In this document: piece by piece, positions 12,553-27,271 of the stretch | How positions within the stretch are numbered: the stretch's first letter is position 1 | Layout: each line of letters begins with the position of its first letter | Assembly (NCBI GenBank): GCA_951406725.2 | Contig: OX597816.1 | Coordinates: 30,132,001-30,196,000 of the forward strand | Length of the DNA: 64,000 nt | Direction of reading: 5' to 3' | Source: Octopus vulgaris | Taxonomy: Eukaryota | Position numbers and translations under genes: made by a program | The notes under the pieces: generated by a model | What the model was told of the DNA's origin: nothing | The model's input: only the letters and a program-made list of their open reading frames with translations | The model's database searches: none

Positions 12553-14345
12553 ATATAATAAATGAAAATTTAAACAAAAGATTGTTTTATCATTTGTGAG
12601 CAGCCTTTTATATAAATATGCATATATGCTCTTCCATCCCATACATCCACACACGCATCAACATATATAGATATACGTATTTACATAGACACGCACATGC
12701 ACTAATATATACATAGCTATCATAATCATTATCATACGTTCATTCAAACATCATATGCGTATGTGTATGTATCCATTCAGACACTTATAAGGATATGTGC
12801 TGACAGATACACAAATACAACCATTTATACGTCTACGCATTCATTTTAGTTACTTATTTATACGTAAATACTTTAATTTAACATTTATTCCTAATGGCAA
12901 CCTCATAAAACAAATGTATATTCATAATCAAAGGATTTATATGAATTAAATATGTAACAATAGTTCAGAATCTGACGTCAGCGTCTTGTTTCAAACAAAA
13001 GGAGAATGTGTATATAATGGCAATCTAAAAAGTTGTTCATCAGTTTTAATCCGTAGCCGGATTATTTCACAAGTACGTTTTGCAATTCACGTGCTTACAG
13101 TCTGAAGTTTCATAATTATCAATAACTGAATTTTTAGCGAAAAGGTTCTCCATTGCTTCAGTTGCATATGAATCTCAAGAACCCATTTTTTCCACTAACA
13201 GATTTGGTCTTTGCCAAACCCTTCCATTCAATGTCTCGTTAGATATATGTATCAAACTCCAGATGGATGGAAAATGTTATATTATGTTCGTTATAGCTGA
13301 GTGGGTTTCCGAAAGAATTACTGTAAGTGTAAACGTCTGTTAAACCAAACCCATATGAACTTCATAAGCGGTCAAAATGTTTAACATGCATTTTTATACA
13401 AGGTCATTAGTTACGCGAGTTTTCTGTAATAGGAAATTATTGGGATTAAAAGTATTATAATTCATTAATACAATTTTTGCTAAAGTCATTGTTTGCAATA
13501 CCATAATTAAAGCTCGTTAATTTAATTATTTTCAAATATATTATGTTTTGTGCAAGGATAAGTGTTACGGATTAAGGAAATTTAACTATGTTACTGTTAA
13601 AAAGTCTTATAATGCCTATGTTCATCAATAAAGAAAATTCTGGCATTAGTTGTAGGTACTGTCATATGAAATAATGTATTGTGGTGGCATATAATATGTC
13701 TAAATGCTTTCTTCTCATTACTACGCACATAGTTAATAACATAATATTTTCTAAAAAAAACTGTTACAGTCGAATACTTTGCTACAATAATTTAATGACC
13801 CTTAAAAATCCTCTCGAAAGCTGAGAAATATGATAATCTCAATGAGATATTTATATATATAACCAAACTTATTATGCCTTTAAGGTAGTTCGAAAATTTA
13901 TTGATGTAAATAAGAGTCACGTTAGGTTTTCAATATGGTGGCAAAAGAATTGTCTAATACAATTTGGGTATAATTTGGAATGGTTGGGATTCAGTTTTCT
14001 GGTAGCAGGAATATTTTTCTGAATTACTGCGACGCTAATATCACGCGTCATTATAACATGGTTTACTTCCATAAAGGTGATTTTAATACCGTCAGTATGG
14101 GTAGAATTTTTTTTTTAATTGTGTTATGTTTACAAAATTCATGTTTGTGCTTGGGACTTTTATTCTAAGATATATCCGTGCATGTGAAATTGAGGTAAAT
14201 CATTTCTTGTTTTTATCATTGTCGTTGTTGGTGTTATTTTTACAAATGCGTCTTTTTTTTTTCATTTGGTGGAACTTCTGTGAATGTTTTTGTACGACTT
14301 TAAATTTTGTACCACTTTTAGAGTCACCATTGTGCAGAATTGTGA

Positions 14346-14683
14346 AGGCGCGTTGCTCAGTGGTTAGAGCGTCGAGCTTACGATCGTGAGGTTGTGAACT
14401 GGAATCCCGGACCGGGCTGCGTGTTGTGTTCTTGAACAAGACACTTTATTTCACGTTGCTCCAGTTCACTCAGCTGTAGAAATGAGTTGCGACGTCACAG
14501 GTGCCAAGCTGTATCGGCCCCTTTGCCTTTCCCTTGGATAACACTGGTGGCGTGGAGAAGGGAGGCCGGTATGCATGGGCGACTGCTGGTCTTCCATAAA
14601 AAAACAACCTTGCCCAGACTTGTGCCTCGGAGGGTAACTCTCTAAGTGCAAACCCATGGTCAGTGTCTGACCGAAGGGGGTCA
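14346..14683 (+). mobile_element. tRNA-derived SINE with Meta-like domain and a distinct tail
   Basis: GCTCAGTGGTTAGAGCG head, TTGTGTTCTTGAACAAGACACTTTATTTCACGTTGCTCCAG domain; flanking direct repeat containing TGTGCAGAATTGT. Confidence 0.85.
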
Positions 14684-15691
14684 CCATGTGCAGAATTGTA
14701 GATTTGTCATTCTTGGATGATGATCGCATGCAGTGAGGGAAATATTTGTCTTGTTAATCGACGTTCAAGTGGTCGGAAGAGTTTGCTATAATGTTCGTAA
14801 CAGTAGTCGCAATATCATAAAGTAAAATTCAGATTATTTTCAAACAAGAAAAAAAAAAAAGAAAAGAAAAAAGAAAGTAAAAGCAGATAACTGAAAAATC
14901 AGGCATTCATGCAAGATTTCAATCTTGCATCTGTGCAATGGGAATCAGAAAGAGAATGATGAGAGAAACAGTCATCTGAATGGCAAATCAGTGCAAACAG
15001 CAATGGCAACACTGCTAACGCTAGTAACAACATTCCATATTTCGAAAATGTCATGGATCAAGAGAAGTGACTGGTCTGGAGCCAGTGCAATGAAATCAGA
15101 AGAAATGGGTTTATTTCCTCGAGTAATTTATCAAAGAAAGGAGGACAAGGAAAATAATTTACCCCTGTCTACAGTCTACAGTATACAGTAAACAGATGTG
15201 ACTTCAATGCATCTTCGAAAGAGGTGTTGGAGGAAACTTTGCTGGTGTCTTTTAATGTCCAGAGGAGGTATATAATCGTGTACCTAACTTATAATACCGA
15301 GAATAAGGCGAGAAGACAGAGCTGGTGCAGCATACGTCTGCCATCAAATTTGTGCTGCATTATTGGAACCTCATGAATATGACAATCATATCCAGATGTA
15401 TTGGCACGAACACTGATCTTTGGTGTCTTGACAGATTTAGCTCAGGCTTCTGAACATGTACTGGGTACGGGGTTAACCTGCAACATAAATGGAAACTGTA
15501 TGAGGCTTCTAAGTTTTGTTGACAATTTGTGACCACAAGGCTATCCCGAAAGGAAGTCAATCAGTCCGATAGAGCATGGTAGAAATCCCAGTTGCTATAT
15601 GTGTTGTAATGGCTACTTGAAGATCTACCCAAAAGAAGAAAAGAAAAACACAGAGACTTACACACAAGTGGATGGATGGCAGACATCAGGA

Positions 15692-15739
<48 letters not shown>

Positions 15740-16511
15740 AGCTCCAGAGGTTAATGCCATGGCTAATGCTACTATTATTAGCTTTGAACATAGCCGGAGT
15801 GGATTGAAATAAAATCGTTCATTCTTAATGTCGCTAGTACCAGGGGCCGATGGCAACTAACAAACTACAGGACCAGACAGAATCTAGGATCAGCAGCACA
15901 GCAGTACTACTTCAGTATTACATTACTGTGGAAGAGAGGAAACTTCGATGTGGTTGCTTGTTCTGCTAGAAATAGCAACCAAATCCCCACATATTACACA
16001 TTACCATCCTACTATCTTTTAAAGGTAAAAACACATTAGCTAATGTAGTCCAAAATACTCTGTGCCTAAATATGAGACGAGCTGGTCATGGTTGGACCAC
16101 GTTTATTATGGACCACTAAATCTCTCATGAATCACATTCTACCGTCTTACAAAGGCTATGATACATTAGAAAATGTAACATTAAGCGCACTGTCTGGAAA
16201 AGGAGGTGGGATTGGATGGCCATGGTTCAACTGCCTTTGACCATGTGTTTGCTAATCTAGAATTAAACAACAAGAGCAACAACAACAACAACAACAACAA
16301 CAACAGCAGCAGCAACAACAACGAGAGCATTAACAATAACTATCAAGCGAGCCTTTCACTAACCTTCTAGCTTATCTTCTCTTAATTTAATTTCTCGAGA
16401 TGATGACAAAAAGTAAAGCGATAAAAACAGTTGATGAAACATCTTGTGGTACTCAGATACGGGCCTGTTGTTTCTGAGTTCAAATTGCATTTAGGGTTCC
16501 TTTATCTGTGT

Positions 16512-16800
16512 GTGGAGGCACATGGCCTAGTGCTTAGAGCAGAGGACTCGCGGTCTAGGGATCGCGGGTTCGAATCTCAGACCGGGCGATGTGTGTATTT
16601 ATGAGCAAAAAATACGCGGCTCCGGCAAAGGTAATGGTGAACTTCTACTGACTCTTTCGCCACAACTTTCTCTCGGTCTTTCCTCCTTCTTCTTGCAGCT
16701 CACCTGCGACGGACCGGCGTCCCGTCCAGGTGGGGTACCTATACGCCAAGGAAACCGGGAAACCGGCCCTTGTGAGCCACGCATGGCTCGAGAAGGAACC
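16512..16800 (+). mobile_element. SINE family C variant (tRNA-Arg-like head)
   Basis: GTGGAGGCACATGGCCTAGTG...GACTCGCGGTC...GGTTCGAATC head; tail shared with 28655-28946. Confidence 0.85.
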
Positions 16801-16939
16801 TTCATCTGTACTATTCAAATAATACGGTCAGAAGAACTGACCGTGTACTCGTACTCATTCTACGACTTTATGCCAGTAGAAGAAAACAATATTTAGCTCA
16901 CTTTCAGTTCTGAATTCGAATTCTTCTCAAGTAGTATAT

Positions 16940-16976
<37 letters not shown>

Positions 16977-16980
<4 letters not shown>

Positions 16981-17155
16981 AAGGTGCCGAAAAGTTCCTG
17001 GCTTTAAGTGTATCGCGAAAGGCCTTCTGAGTATTTTTACAGGGCTTAGAAAAACTGAAGCACCGCTGCAACACGTGTGTAAATCTGAGAGTGGATTATA
17101 TTGAATAAGATTATAATTAACTGATCCTCTTGCATGTTCTTTTCAGCACCCCTCG
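16977..17155 (+). mobile_element. Mariner-derived MITE
   Basis: TIRs CGAGAAGGTGCCGAAAAG / CTTTTCAGCACCCCTCG|TA; internal GLEKLKHRCNTCVNLRVDYIE* resembles a mariner transposase C-terminus. Confidence 0.8.
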
Positions 17156-17190
17156 TATGTATGTTTATGTATATATGTATGAGTTGTTGT

Positions 17191-17572
17191 TGGAAGCACT
17201 CCGTCGGTTCCGACGACGAGGGTTCCGGTTGATCCGATCAACGGAACAGCCTGCTCGTGAAATTAACGTGTAAGTGGCTGAGCACTCCACAGACACGTGT
17301 ACCCTTAACGTAGTTCTCGAGGATATTCAGCGTGACACAGAGAGTGACAAGGCCGGCCCTTTGAAATACAGGTACAACAGAAACAAGAAGTAAGAGTGAG
17401 AGAAAGTTGTGGTGAAAGAGTACAGCAGGGATCACCACCATTCCTGCCGGAGCCTCCTGGAGCTTTAGGTGTTTTCGCTCAATAAACACTCACAACGCCC
17501 GGTCTGGGAATCGAAACCGCGATCCTAGGACCGCGAGTCCGCTGCCCTAACCACTGGGCCATTGCGCCTCCA
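17191..17572 (-). mobile_element. SINE family C (tRNA-Arg-like; resembles octopus OR-type SINEs), full length
   Basis: Head TGGAGGCGCAATGGCCCAGTGGTTAGGGCAGCGGACTCGCGG with TCG anticodon-like position; TSD ATGTATGAGT. Confidence 0.9.
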
Positions 17573-18214
17573 TGTATGAGTAGGTGAGTGTTTGTGTGAG
17601 GGTTATAGAGAGGTATTATTGATTAATTATTTGGTTGGAATTGGAAGAAATCGTACGCGGTAAAATCTTCTCTGAATCCCAGAAATATGTACGATAGGAG
17701 TCATAGGTGTATTCAGCACCACTCACGCCACAAACACACACATATTTCAGCGCTTGTGAAATACGTCAGCTGTTCATTTACACTCCAGACATATCACCAC
17801 CTACGATGTCTACGTGTTGATTGAATCTTAAGATATCCAACATACAAGATGCCTCAAACTAAATATAGTACCATTATACTGGTATTTGTCCTACTAAAAA
17901 TACCAGCCAAATCCATCTTAAATCTTGTCCTGCCATCATAAGAAAATACAGCCCACAAAAGAAAAAAAAAAAGAAAACATAAGCTACCACTACTTATGCC
18001 TTCCTTCCTCTTACTCTTCGCTTCTCTAAATCGCCATTGATGGTTTATGTTTAAAGACTGAAACTAGTTGCAAAACCAGACGTAAATACAGAACTGGTTC
18101 CATAGTTTTTGAGTTGTAAACACAATATTTAAAGAGTCCTAATGAAAATAACATTATTCTAGAGGAAATGTATTGAACTTTTGTTTCCAGAAATGCCCCA
18201 AGGATAAGGTGTAA

Positions 18215-18290
18215 TTTGTATGTATGTATGTATGTATGTATGTATGTATGTATGTATGTATGTATGTATGTATGTTTGTATGTATGTATG

Positions 18291-18324
<34 letters not shown>

Positions 18325-18895
18325 TTTATGTATGTATGTATGTATGTATGAATGTATGTATGTATTTATGTATGTATAAATGTATGTATGTATGTATGTA
18401 TTTATGTATGTATGTATGCATGTATGTATGAATGTATGTATGTATGTATGTATGAATGTATGAATGTATAAATGATTGTTTATATGTGTATATTGTTTTT
18501 ATGTATGTATGTATGTATGTATGTATGTATGTATGTATGTATGTATGTATGTATGTATGTATGAATGTATGAATGAATGAATGATTGTTTATATGTGTAT
18601 ATTGTTTTTATATTATGTATTTATACTCTTCTGTCTACAATGCACAATAGAATAATCAATAGATTTTTTAGCTAATAGTGAGTATATACATTCGTGAATA
18701 GATACATACAAACATGGATACATATATACATACATACATACATGCATACATACATACATACATTCATACATACGTACATACATACATACATACATACATA
18801 CATACATACATACATACATACATACATACATACATACATACATACATACATACATACATACATACATGCATGCATACATAGATGCATACATACAT
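18215..18895. repeat. (TATG)n and (CATA)n microsatellite blocks in opposite orientation
   Basis: Directly visible. Confidence 0.9.
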
Positions 18896-19310
18896 AGTAA
18901 TTTGAAATAAAGAAGAGAAACTGTGTACAGTTGTGGAAATCAGCTGCCCAGCGGATGTTAACATAAAAATAAAGACCAGTGAAAAAGAAAATACCTACGC
19001 TGAACTAATGAGCAATCGGCAGCTACTCTATCCAGATTACAAGTTCAGGATTATAACTGTAATAATTGGGGCACCAGGATATGTAACACACTACCGAAAT
19101 AATAATCTTGAGAAATTAGGCTTTTCAAAATCAGAGGAGAGAAAGCTGATACGAAGACTACAAATCCAAGCCATCACTGGAACTGTAAAAATCAATAAAA
19201 CTTTGCATAAGTTTATCATTTAAGTATATATGAGTAAGTCTAGTCATGCAAATATACGGAGGGGAATACATAAATAAAACAAAACATAAAAATGTGCACA
19301 TATGCATACA
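18896..19310 (+). mobile_element. RLE-type non-LTR retrotransposon 3' end (R4/Dong-like)
   Basis: LCTVVEISCPADVNIKIKTSEKENTYAEL...VIIGAPG...QIQAITGTVKI matches a restriction-like endonuclease C-terminus; flanked by (TACA)n on both sides. Confidence 0.75.
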
Positions 19311-19465
19311 GACATACATACACACATACATACATGCATACATACAAACGTAAAAGACTTTCTCACCTTCCCGCGTGTCAAATTAATACACCTGCATGTT
19401 GTTTATACACCTATCTTCGTCTTTTGTTTTTCTGTACATTTCAACTGCATATATATATATATATA

Positions 19466-19636
19466 TACTCTTTTACTTCTTTACTTGTTTCAGTCATTTG
19501 ACTGCAGCCATGCTGGAGCACCGCCTTTTGTCGAGCAAATCGATCCCAGGACTTATTCTTTGGAAGCGTAGTACTTATTCTATCGGTCTCTTTTGCCGAA
19601 CCGCTAAGTTACGGGGACGTAAACACACCAGCATCG
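19466..19636 (-). mobile_element. SINE family A, 3' half
   Basis: Reverse complement of the family A tail. Confidence 0.85.
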
Positions 19637-19789
19637 CTTTTCAAACGCATCTTGACGAAACAATGACAATAATAATAAGAACAACGATGACGACGACGAT
19701 TATTTTTATTGTCAAATGAACGATGGCTGAAGGGAAGATGTTAAAGAATAAGTAGATTAAAATGAATAATTAAATAACAATAACAGCAA

Positions 19790-19916
19790 GAACAACAACA
19801 ATATAATAATAATAATAATAACAACAACAACAACAATAATAATAATATTAATAATGATAGTGATGATGATGATGATGATGATGATGATAATAATAATAAT
19901 AATAATAATAAGGATG

Positions 19917-19971
<55 letters not shown>

Positions 19972-20210
19972 TAATAATCTTTTCTATTCTAGGCTAGGCA
20001 CAAGGCCTGAAATTTTGGGGGAGGAGGCCAGTCGATTAGATCGACCACAGTACGCAACTGGTACTTAATCCATGGACCCCGAAAGGGTGAAAGGCAAAGT
20101 CGACCACGGCGGAGTTCGAATTCAGCGACGGGCAAAACACTGCTAGACATTTCGCCCAGCGTGCTAACGATTCTGCCTTCTCATCGCCTTAATAATAATA
20201 ATAATAATAA

Positions 20211-20241
<31 letters not shown>

Positions 20242-20320
20242 AATAATGATAATAATAATGATGATGATGATGATGATGATGATGATAATAATAACAATAA
20301 TAATAATAATAATGATAATA

Positions 20321-20390
<70 letters not shown>

Positions 20391-20450
20391 TGATGATGAT
20401 GATGATGACGACGATGATGATGACTATGATGATGATGATGATGATGATTG
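19790..20450. repeat. (AAT)n/(GAT)n/(AAG)n microsatellites enclosing a minus-strand family B SINE (~19985-20190)
   Basis: Directly visible; family B reverse-complement match. Confidence 0.85.
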
Positions 20451-20802
20451 ATTCCAGGTAAATTTCCAATGTAACTCATCCACTAAAATATCGTCTTTTC
20501 TGTTTATAGTTACTCTGGTAAGTGCTACGGGCACTTAATTGTAATTAAAGTTCTAGTTAATTTTAAAATAATCGTTTCCTTATCCCATTTCCTACGTATT
20601 TTATATTGTTTCCCTTGAGGGATAAAGAGTATTGACTTCTATTTTTGTTGTTCTTGCTTTTTTTTCTATTTTCTTAGGCTGTAGAGTAGAATGTACGCTT
20701 GATTATCAGATTGCTTACAAAATCTTTTGACATTGATGCAATATTTTCAGTATTGATTTTTAATATATTTCAAAATTTTATTTCTTCATGTGCACACACA
20801 GC

Positions 20803-20863
<61 letters not shown>

Positions 20864-20995
20864 ACACACATACGCACACACACGCAGGCACGCAAACGCA
20901 AGTATATGTATATAATGCATATGTACGTGTAGTATATATATATATATATATATATATATACTTACATGTATATATATATATAAATATATATATAA

Positions 20996-21081
<86 letters not shown>

Positions 21082-21151
21082 ACTTTAGTAATGTAACAAT
21101 AAGTGGTCCGTTGACAATTTCTTCTCCATCTTAAGACTTTCCTCTTTCTCC

Positions 21152-21185
21152 TTTCCGACGAAGAGCTCTGCTCGAAACGTTAAAC
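21152..21185 (+). ncRNA. Minimal hammerhead-like motif, core mutated (CCGACGA), in a Penelope pLTR-like fragment
   Basis: TTT-CCGACGA-A-GAGC(TCT)GCTC-GAAA-CG-TT-AAA; homologous to 34261-34295. Confidence 0.6.
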
Positions 21186-21301
21186 TCTCTCCTTTCATCG
21201 AGAGTCAAGCTAATATGCTCCTTGTGCACGTCTTCACATTGGTTATTTTTCTTATTTTCTTTTCATTTTTATCCGTTTATTTGAATTGCTTACCTATTTG
21301 A

Positions 21302-21595
21302 TGTGAGTGGATTTGGTAGACAGAAACTGAAAGAAAGAAGCCTGTATACATATATACGTATATATGTATACGTATGTATGTATGTGTATGTGCTTGTGTG
21401 TTTGTGTTTGTCCCCCCAACATCATTTAACAACCGATGTTGGTGTGTTTACGTCCCCGTAACTTAGCGGTTCGGCAAAAGAGACCTATAGAATAAGTACT
21501 AGGCTTACAAAGAATAAGTCTTGGAATTCGATTTGCTCGACTAAAGGTGGTGCTCCAGCATGGCCGCAGTCAAATGACTGAAACAAGTAAAAGAG
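21302..21595 (+). mobile_element. SINE family A, 5'-truncated
   Basis: Matches the family A body and tail. Confidence 0.85.
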
Positions 21596-21917
21596 TGAGC
21601 GTATGTTTCCAACTTGGTTTGACCATGACAGACAGAAAAAAAGACTTCATTGTTCATACCGAAGCAACGAGGAGAGAATTACGAAGTAAATGACAGAGAA
21701 TGTTCAGAAATTAGCGCAGCAACGTAGAATTGTTTAAGAATTTACACACAGATATGTTCCTAGTTCCTAATCTACTATATCACGTACTACTTTAAAAGGA
21801 AAATGATAGTGAGAGAGAGCGTCTCCCTCCAATAAATCTGATGAAAGGTGGATGAGAGCAAGAGGATTAGCATAGGTAGGTGGGCCAGCAGAAAGCCGGT
21901 GGTATTAAGGTCTACAA

Positions 21918-22203
21918 CAGGGGTTTTCAACCATTTTAAACTTATGGACCCCTTTGATTCCTATTTTACTTGGGTAGATGGACATAATCATTCGATGTTC
22001 AAAAAATCCTATTGTATTTTTATAATTAGATATTTTGTTTATTGTGGACGTATAACCAGTGAAGTTTTTGTATAATAACATAAACTTGACTGGTCTAAAG
22101 GAAATTTGTTCGTGGCTCCTGAAAAATTACCACGGACCCCTAATTTACTATATTGCATCTCTGGACCCCAAAATCTTATATAGACCGCGGTTGAGAACCC
22201 CTA
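21918..22203. mobile_element. hAT (Charlie-like) MITE
   Basis: TIRs CAGGGGTTTTCAACC / GGTTGAGAACCCCTA; imperfect 8-bp TSD GTCTACAA / GCCTAGAA. Confidence 0.75.
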
Positions 22204-22329
22204 GCCTAGAATAATACACCATTAATATCAAAGTGTTCCGGGGTGTTTATGGGGGGGTCTCGTTTCACACAATATGGCTACTCAACTTTTCCGGGTATCC
22301 TTTCTTCTTATTCTGTATGGTGGAGAAAA

Positions 22330-23690
22330 ACTGGGATGAAGTGACGAGCAGGGTAGCCAATCTCACCCAGAAATGAGCCGAGAAGCTGTCCTTGAAAGGC
22401 CGAGCGGTGGGGGTGAATGCGTACATCGCAGCCATCGACTATTACCGATTGGCCGTCGTCCCTTGTCCCGACCGCTGGTTGGCCAAGCTGGTGCGCTTGC
22501 TCCTCGACTTTCTGTGGAAGGGTTAGTACCACTGGTCAGGTGCTCCATCTGCTGTCAACAGCCGTTGAACGGAGGCCTTGGCATGCCGTGGTTGCTGATG
22601 CGCAGACATGCGCTCAGGCTACGGCATCTCAAGCGTTTCCTAGACGGTGAACAAGTGTGGTCGCCGTTCGTCAGACACGACTTTCCGCAACCCGTCTCTT
22701 TAACAGAGCTGCAATCTTGGATCAAACGCAGACCGAGAAAGGACGCTTGGCAACTCGAGTGCCGTCAAGCTCTCACCGCCGTCCACCAAGCGGGTAATGC
22801 GATCGGTAGTAGTTCCACTCTAGCGTTCTATAGAGGATTAGTGAAGGAAAAGTGTGACGACGTTCTCGGAGAAACTCTAGGCGTCGACGATAATGAGTTA
22901 AACAGTCTGTTCGGAAGAACTTTCGGGCCGGGGCCCATGGATAACTTCCAAAGGTCCCTTGCCTAGCAGTACTACCGAGGGGCGCTGCCAGTTCGAGATA
23001 AACTCTACCGTCACGGAAGTGCCATCAGCCGAGCCTGCCCGAGGTGCGCTCAGGACGACGAAAGCGTTCTGCAAGCGCTCGTCCAGTACCCGAGTATTGC
23101 TGACCTGTGGATTTATGTCGAACAGCTACTGTCGCGTATAGGGTGGATCCGGCTATCCGCTGAATCCATAGTGAAGATTGCCCCGCCGACCTCCTTTAAT
23201 CAGGAGGGCAAGGCAATTTTTCCTTCGTCTAGTGGCTGTAGCGAAAGAGGTGGTATGGTGGATCTGTTTGAAAGGGCTAAAGTCAGACACTTTCCTCTTT
23301 GGCTAAGGCCTCATCATCTTTTTCAAGTTCCACTTGAGAAGGAAGATGAGAGTAGAGAAGGAAGTGCTGTCTCGCTGCAAGTTTATTGAAAGGTGGGTGA
23401 ATGTCGGGAAAATTGCCAGTATGAACGGACCAATTCTGAGATTACACCTGTGAAAAAAAAAGGTAATATAAAAGGAGAAGGGATTCTCTACTCCTTTTTG
23501 ACTAGGTTCCCGTGGCTTTTATGGGGTTTTCCACGAGTAACTTTTCGAATCGACTCCTCCTATTGGGAGTTTTATATCTTATATATATTTTTAGTTGTTA
23601 TCAATGTTTACACGGACCTTTCTTTTTGGACAAAACCCTTTGTACTTTTCGTCCTATGTTTGATTTATGTTTGCCCTTGTGGCCAATAAA
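22330..23690 (+). mobile_element. Tx1/L1-clade LINE, 3' part of ORF2 (decayed)
   Basis: KLSLKGRA, GGLGMPWL, YRGALPVRDKLYRHG...CPRC motifs; T-rich 3' UTR ending in AATAAA at ~23685. Confidence 0.85.
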
Positions 23691-23732
23691 CCAGAATTAT
23701 TATTATCATTATTATTATTATTATTATTATTA

Positions 23733-24978
<1,246 letters not shown>

Positions 24979-25299
24979 AAATCGACAGATGCATGATAGA
25001 TTTACACGGTAATTACGGTTCTTCATTTTTACCTGTTGTTGTTATTGGATCGGTATTGTTATTGTTGTGAAATAATTTCTTGGTGAAACTAAATGAAATC
25101 TTCTCCAGGCTGTAAATCAAATCTGTTCATCGAATCTTTTATGTGTCGTTGTTGTTGTTATTGTTGGTGCTGTTGTTAATCTCATTCACGTTCCTTTTCT
25201 AGTATCAGCATTCACGGGTGAATATATTTCGGTCATTACTGATATTGCTATTATGTATTTATTTATTTGCTCTCAGGGTGTACGAAGTGGTTTTATGAG

Positions 25300-26592
25300 C
25301 GACGATTAATCAGGAAAAAAGTAGTGGGCTTGTGGTTCGACACCTGGAGAAGTCCAAGCCGTCCAACTGCATCGTTGGGCGCTGGACAGACGGACTGGTT
25401 AAATTGCTCGAGATCTGGTTTGGTCCTGACCTCCAGATGGACAAAAGCAGGAACGAGGTAACGAGCAGGGTGACTTACTCTCACCTAGAAATAGGCTGAG
25501 TGAAAGCTATCTCTGAAAGGTCAGGTAGAAGTGGCTAACGCGTATATCTCGTCCGTCGTCTACTATCTATTTCTTTACTACCCACAAGGGGCTATACACA
25601 GAGGACAAACAAGGACAGACAAACGGATTAAGTCGATTATATCGACCCCAGTGCATAACTGGTACTTATTTAATCGACTCCGAAAGGATGAAAGGCAAAG
25701 TCGACCTCGGCGGAATTTGAACTCAGAACGTAGCGGCAGACGAAATACTGCTAAACATTTCGCCCGGCGTGCTAACGATTCTGCCAGCTCGCCGCCTTTT
25801 CGTCTACTATCACTTGACTGTCGTGCGTTGTCCTGGCCTTGTGCGTTGTCCCGTCTGATTACGCTGGAGCGTATATTCTTTCGCTTCTTGCGGAAGGGAC
25901 GCGTCCCAATAGTCATGTGGTCTATGTGGTGTCAACACACGCTGAGTGGGGGCCTGGGCATGCCGTGGTTGATGATGCGCAGACATGCAATGAGGCTATG
26001 ATATCTCCAGTGCTTCTTTGATGGTGAACATATGTGGTCGCTACTCGCCAGACACGTATTTCTTCGGCCAGTTTCTTTAACGGAGCTGCTGTCCTGAGTC
26101 AAACAGAGACCGAGGGGGAACATTTGGAAAGTTGAATGCCTTCAAGTGCTCGCAGCCCTCAGCCAATCAGACACTGCGGTAGGTGGAACATTCAATTTAG
26201 CTTTTTAAAGAGGATTAGTGGAAAAAAAGTGCGACGACGTTCTTGGGGAGACCTTGGGTGTTGAAGGAAATCAACTAGGTGCTCTTTTCCGGAGAACTTT
26301 CGATCTGGAACCGATGGATGGCTTCCAAAAATCTCTGGCCTGGCACTGCTACCGGGGAGCTTTACCTGTTCGAGATAAACTTTACAGGCACGGAGGCACG
26401 GAAGTCTTGTCAGCTGAGCATGTCCGAATTGCGCGCAGAATGACGAGACGGCCCTGCATGCACTCGCCCAGTGCTCGAGCATTGCTGACCTGTGGGTTTA
26501 CGTCGAACACCTGCTATCGTGTGTGAGACGGATCCAGCTGTGAACTGAATCTATCGTGACGATTACCCCGCCACCTTCCTTTAACCAGGAAG
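25300..26592 (+). mobile_element. Second Tx1/L1-clade LINE fragment, paralogous to 22330-23690
   Basis: Same motifs (KLSLKGQVEV, GGLGMPWLMMRRHA, EKKCDDVLGETLGV, YRGALPVRDKLYRHG); interrupted by a SINE. Confidence 0.85.
25568..25799 (-). mobile_element. SINE family B nested in the Tx1 LINE
   Basis: 12-bp TSD TCGTCTACTATC at 25556-25567 and 25800-25811. Confidence 0.92.
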
Positions 26593-26830
26593 GTTGTTGT
26601 TATATTATACAAACGTTGAACATCCAATACAGTACTCAGAGAATCCCTGCAAGACACGAGTATATTTACAATCGATCACCAGTGCACGTGTCGCAGTTCA
26701 TCGACTGTGTTTTGAAATCATTACTGAAAAAAAAAAAGAGAGAAAAAATGGAAGTCATTACAGGAAAAAAAAAATCAAACCATTTAAACTTAGTCGATTA
26801 ATTTTTCAAATATATCTTATTAGAAGTGGT

Positions 26831-27271
26831 GGATCTTTTCGGTTTGAACGGCAGTTTTTTCTAACAGTTTCATATGAAATTGTCACCCATAAGTATGACC
26901 CTAGTATCGATCTATTGCATTTCAATCTATTTTAGGGTTAGGGTTAGTTAGGGTTAGGGTTAGTTAGGGTTAGGGTGGGGGAAGGGTGTCTTTTTTTCTT
27001 CACAAATGTAAATAAACCCAATCTGTTTCTTAAACGAGGGACATATTCATACGGCACAGAATGTTTTTTTTACCTCAATAGACGTCACTGATTGGTTGAA
27101 ATTGCAGAAATTGAAGAAAAAAACAACAAATATCTTAAACTATAGAATTTCTCAATAAAGCCAAGAGAAAAAGATGTTTTATATAAACACCTTCTACCAG
27201 TATACGAAGTTTAAAATCTTTTAGTTACCTAGAAATTATGTTAAAAACTGTCATTCAAACCGAAAAGATCC
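26831..27271 (-). mobile_element. MITE with ~29-bp TIRs, 8-bp TSD and internal (TTAGGG)n
   Basis: TIR GGATCTTTTCGGTTTGAACGGCAGTTTTT; TSD GAAGTGGT at 26823-26830 and 27272-27279. Confidence 0.92.

Noticed and set aside
17500-17572. tRNA-Arg gene (and other tRNA-like heads)
   Set aside because: Continuous with a SINE body and TSDs; these are SINE heads, not tRNA genes.
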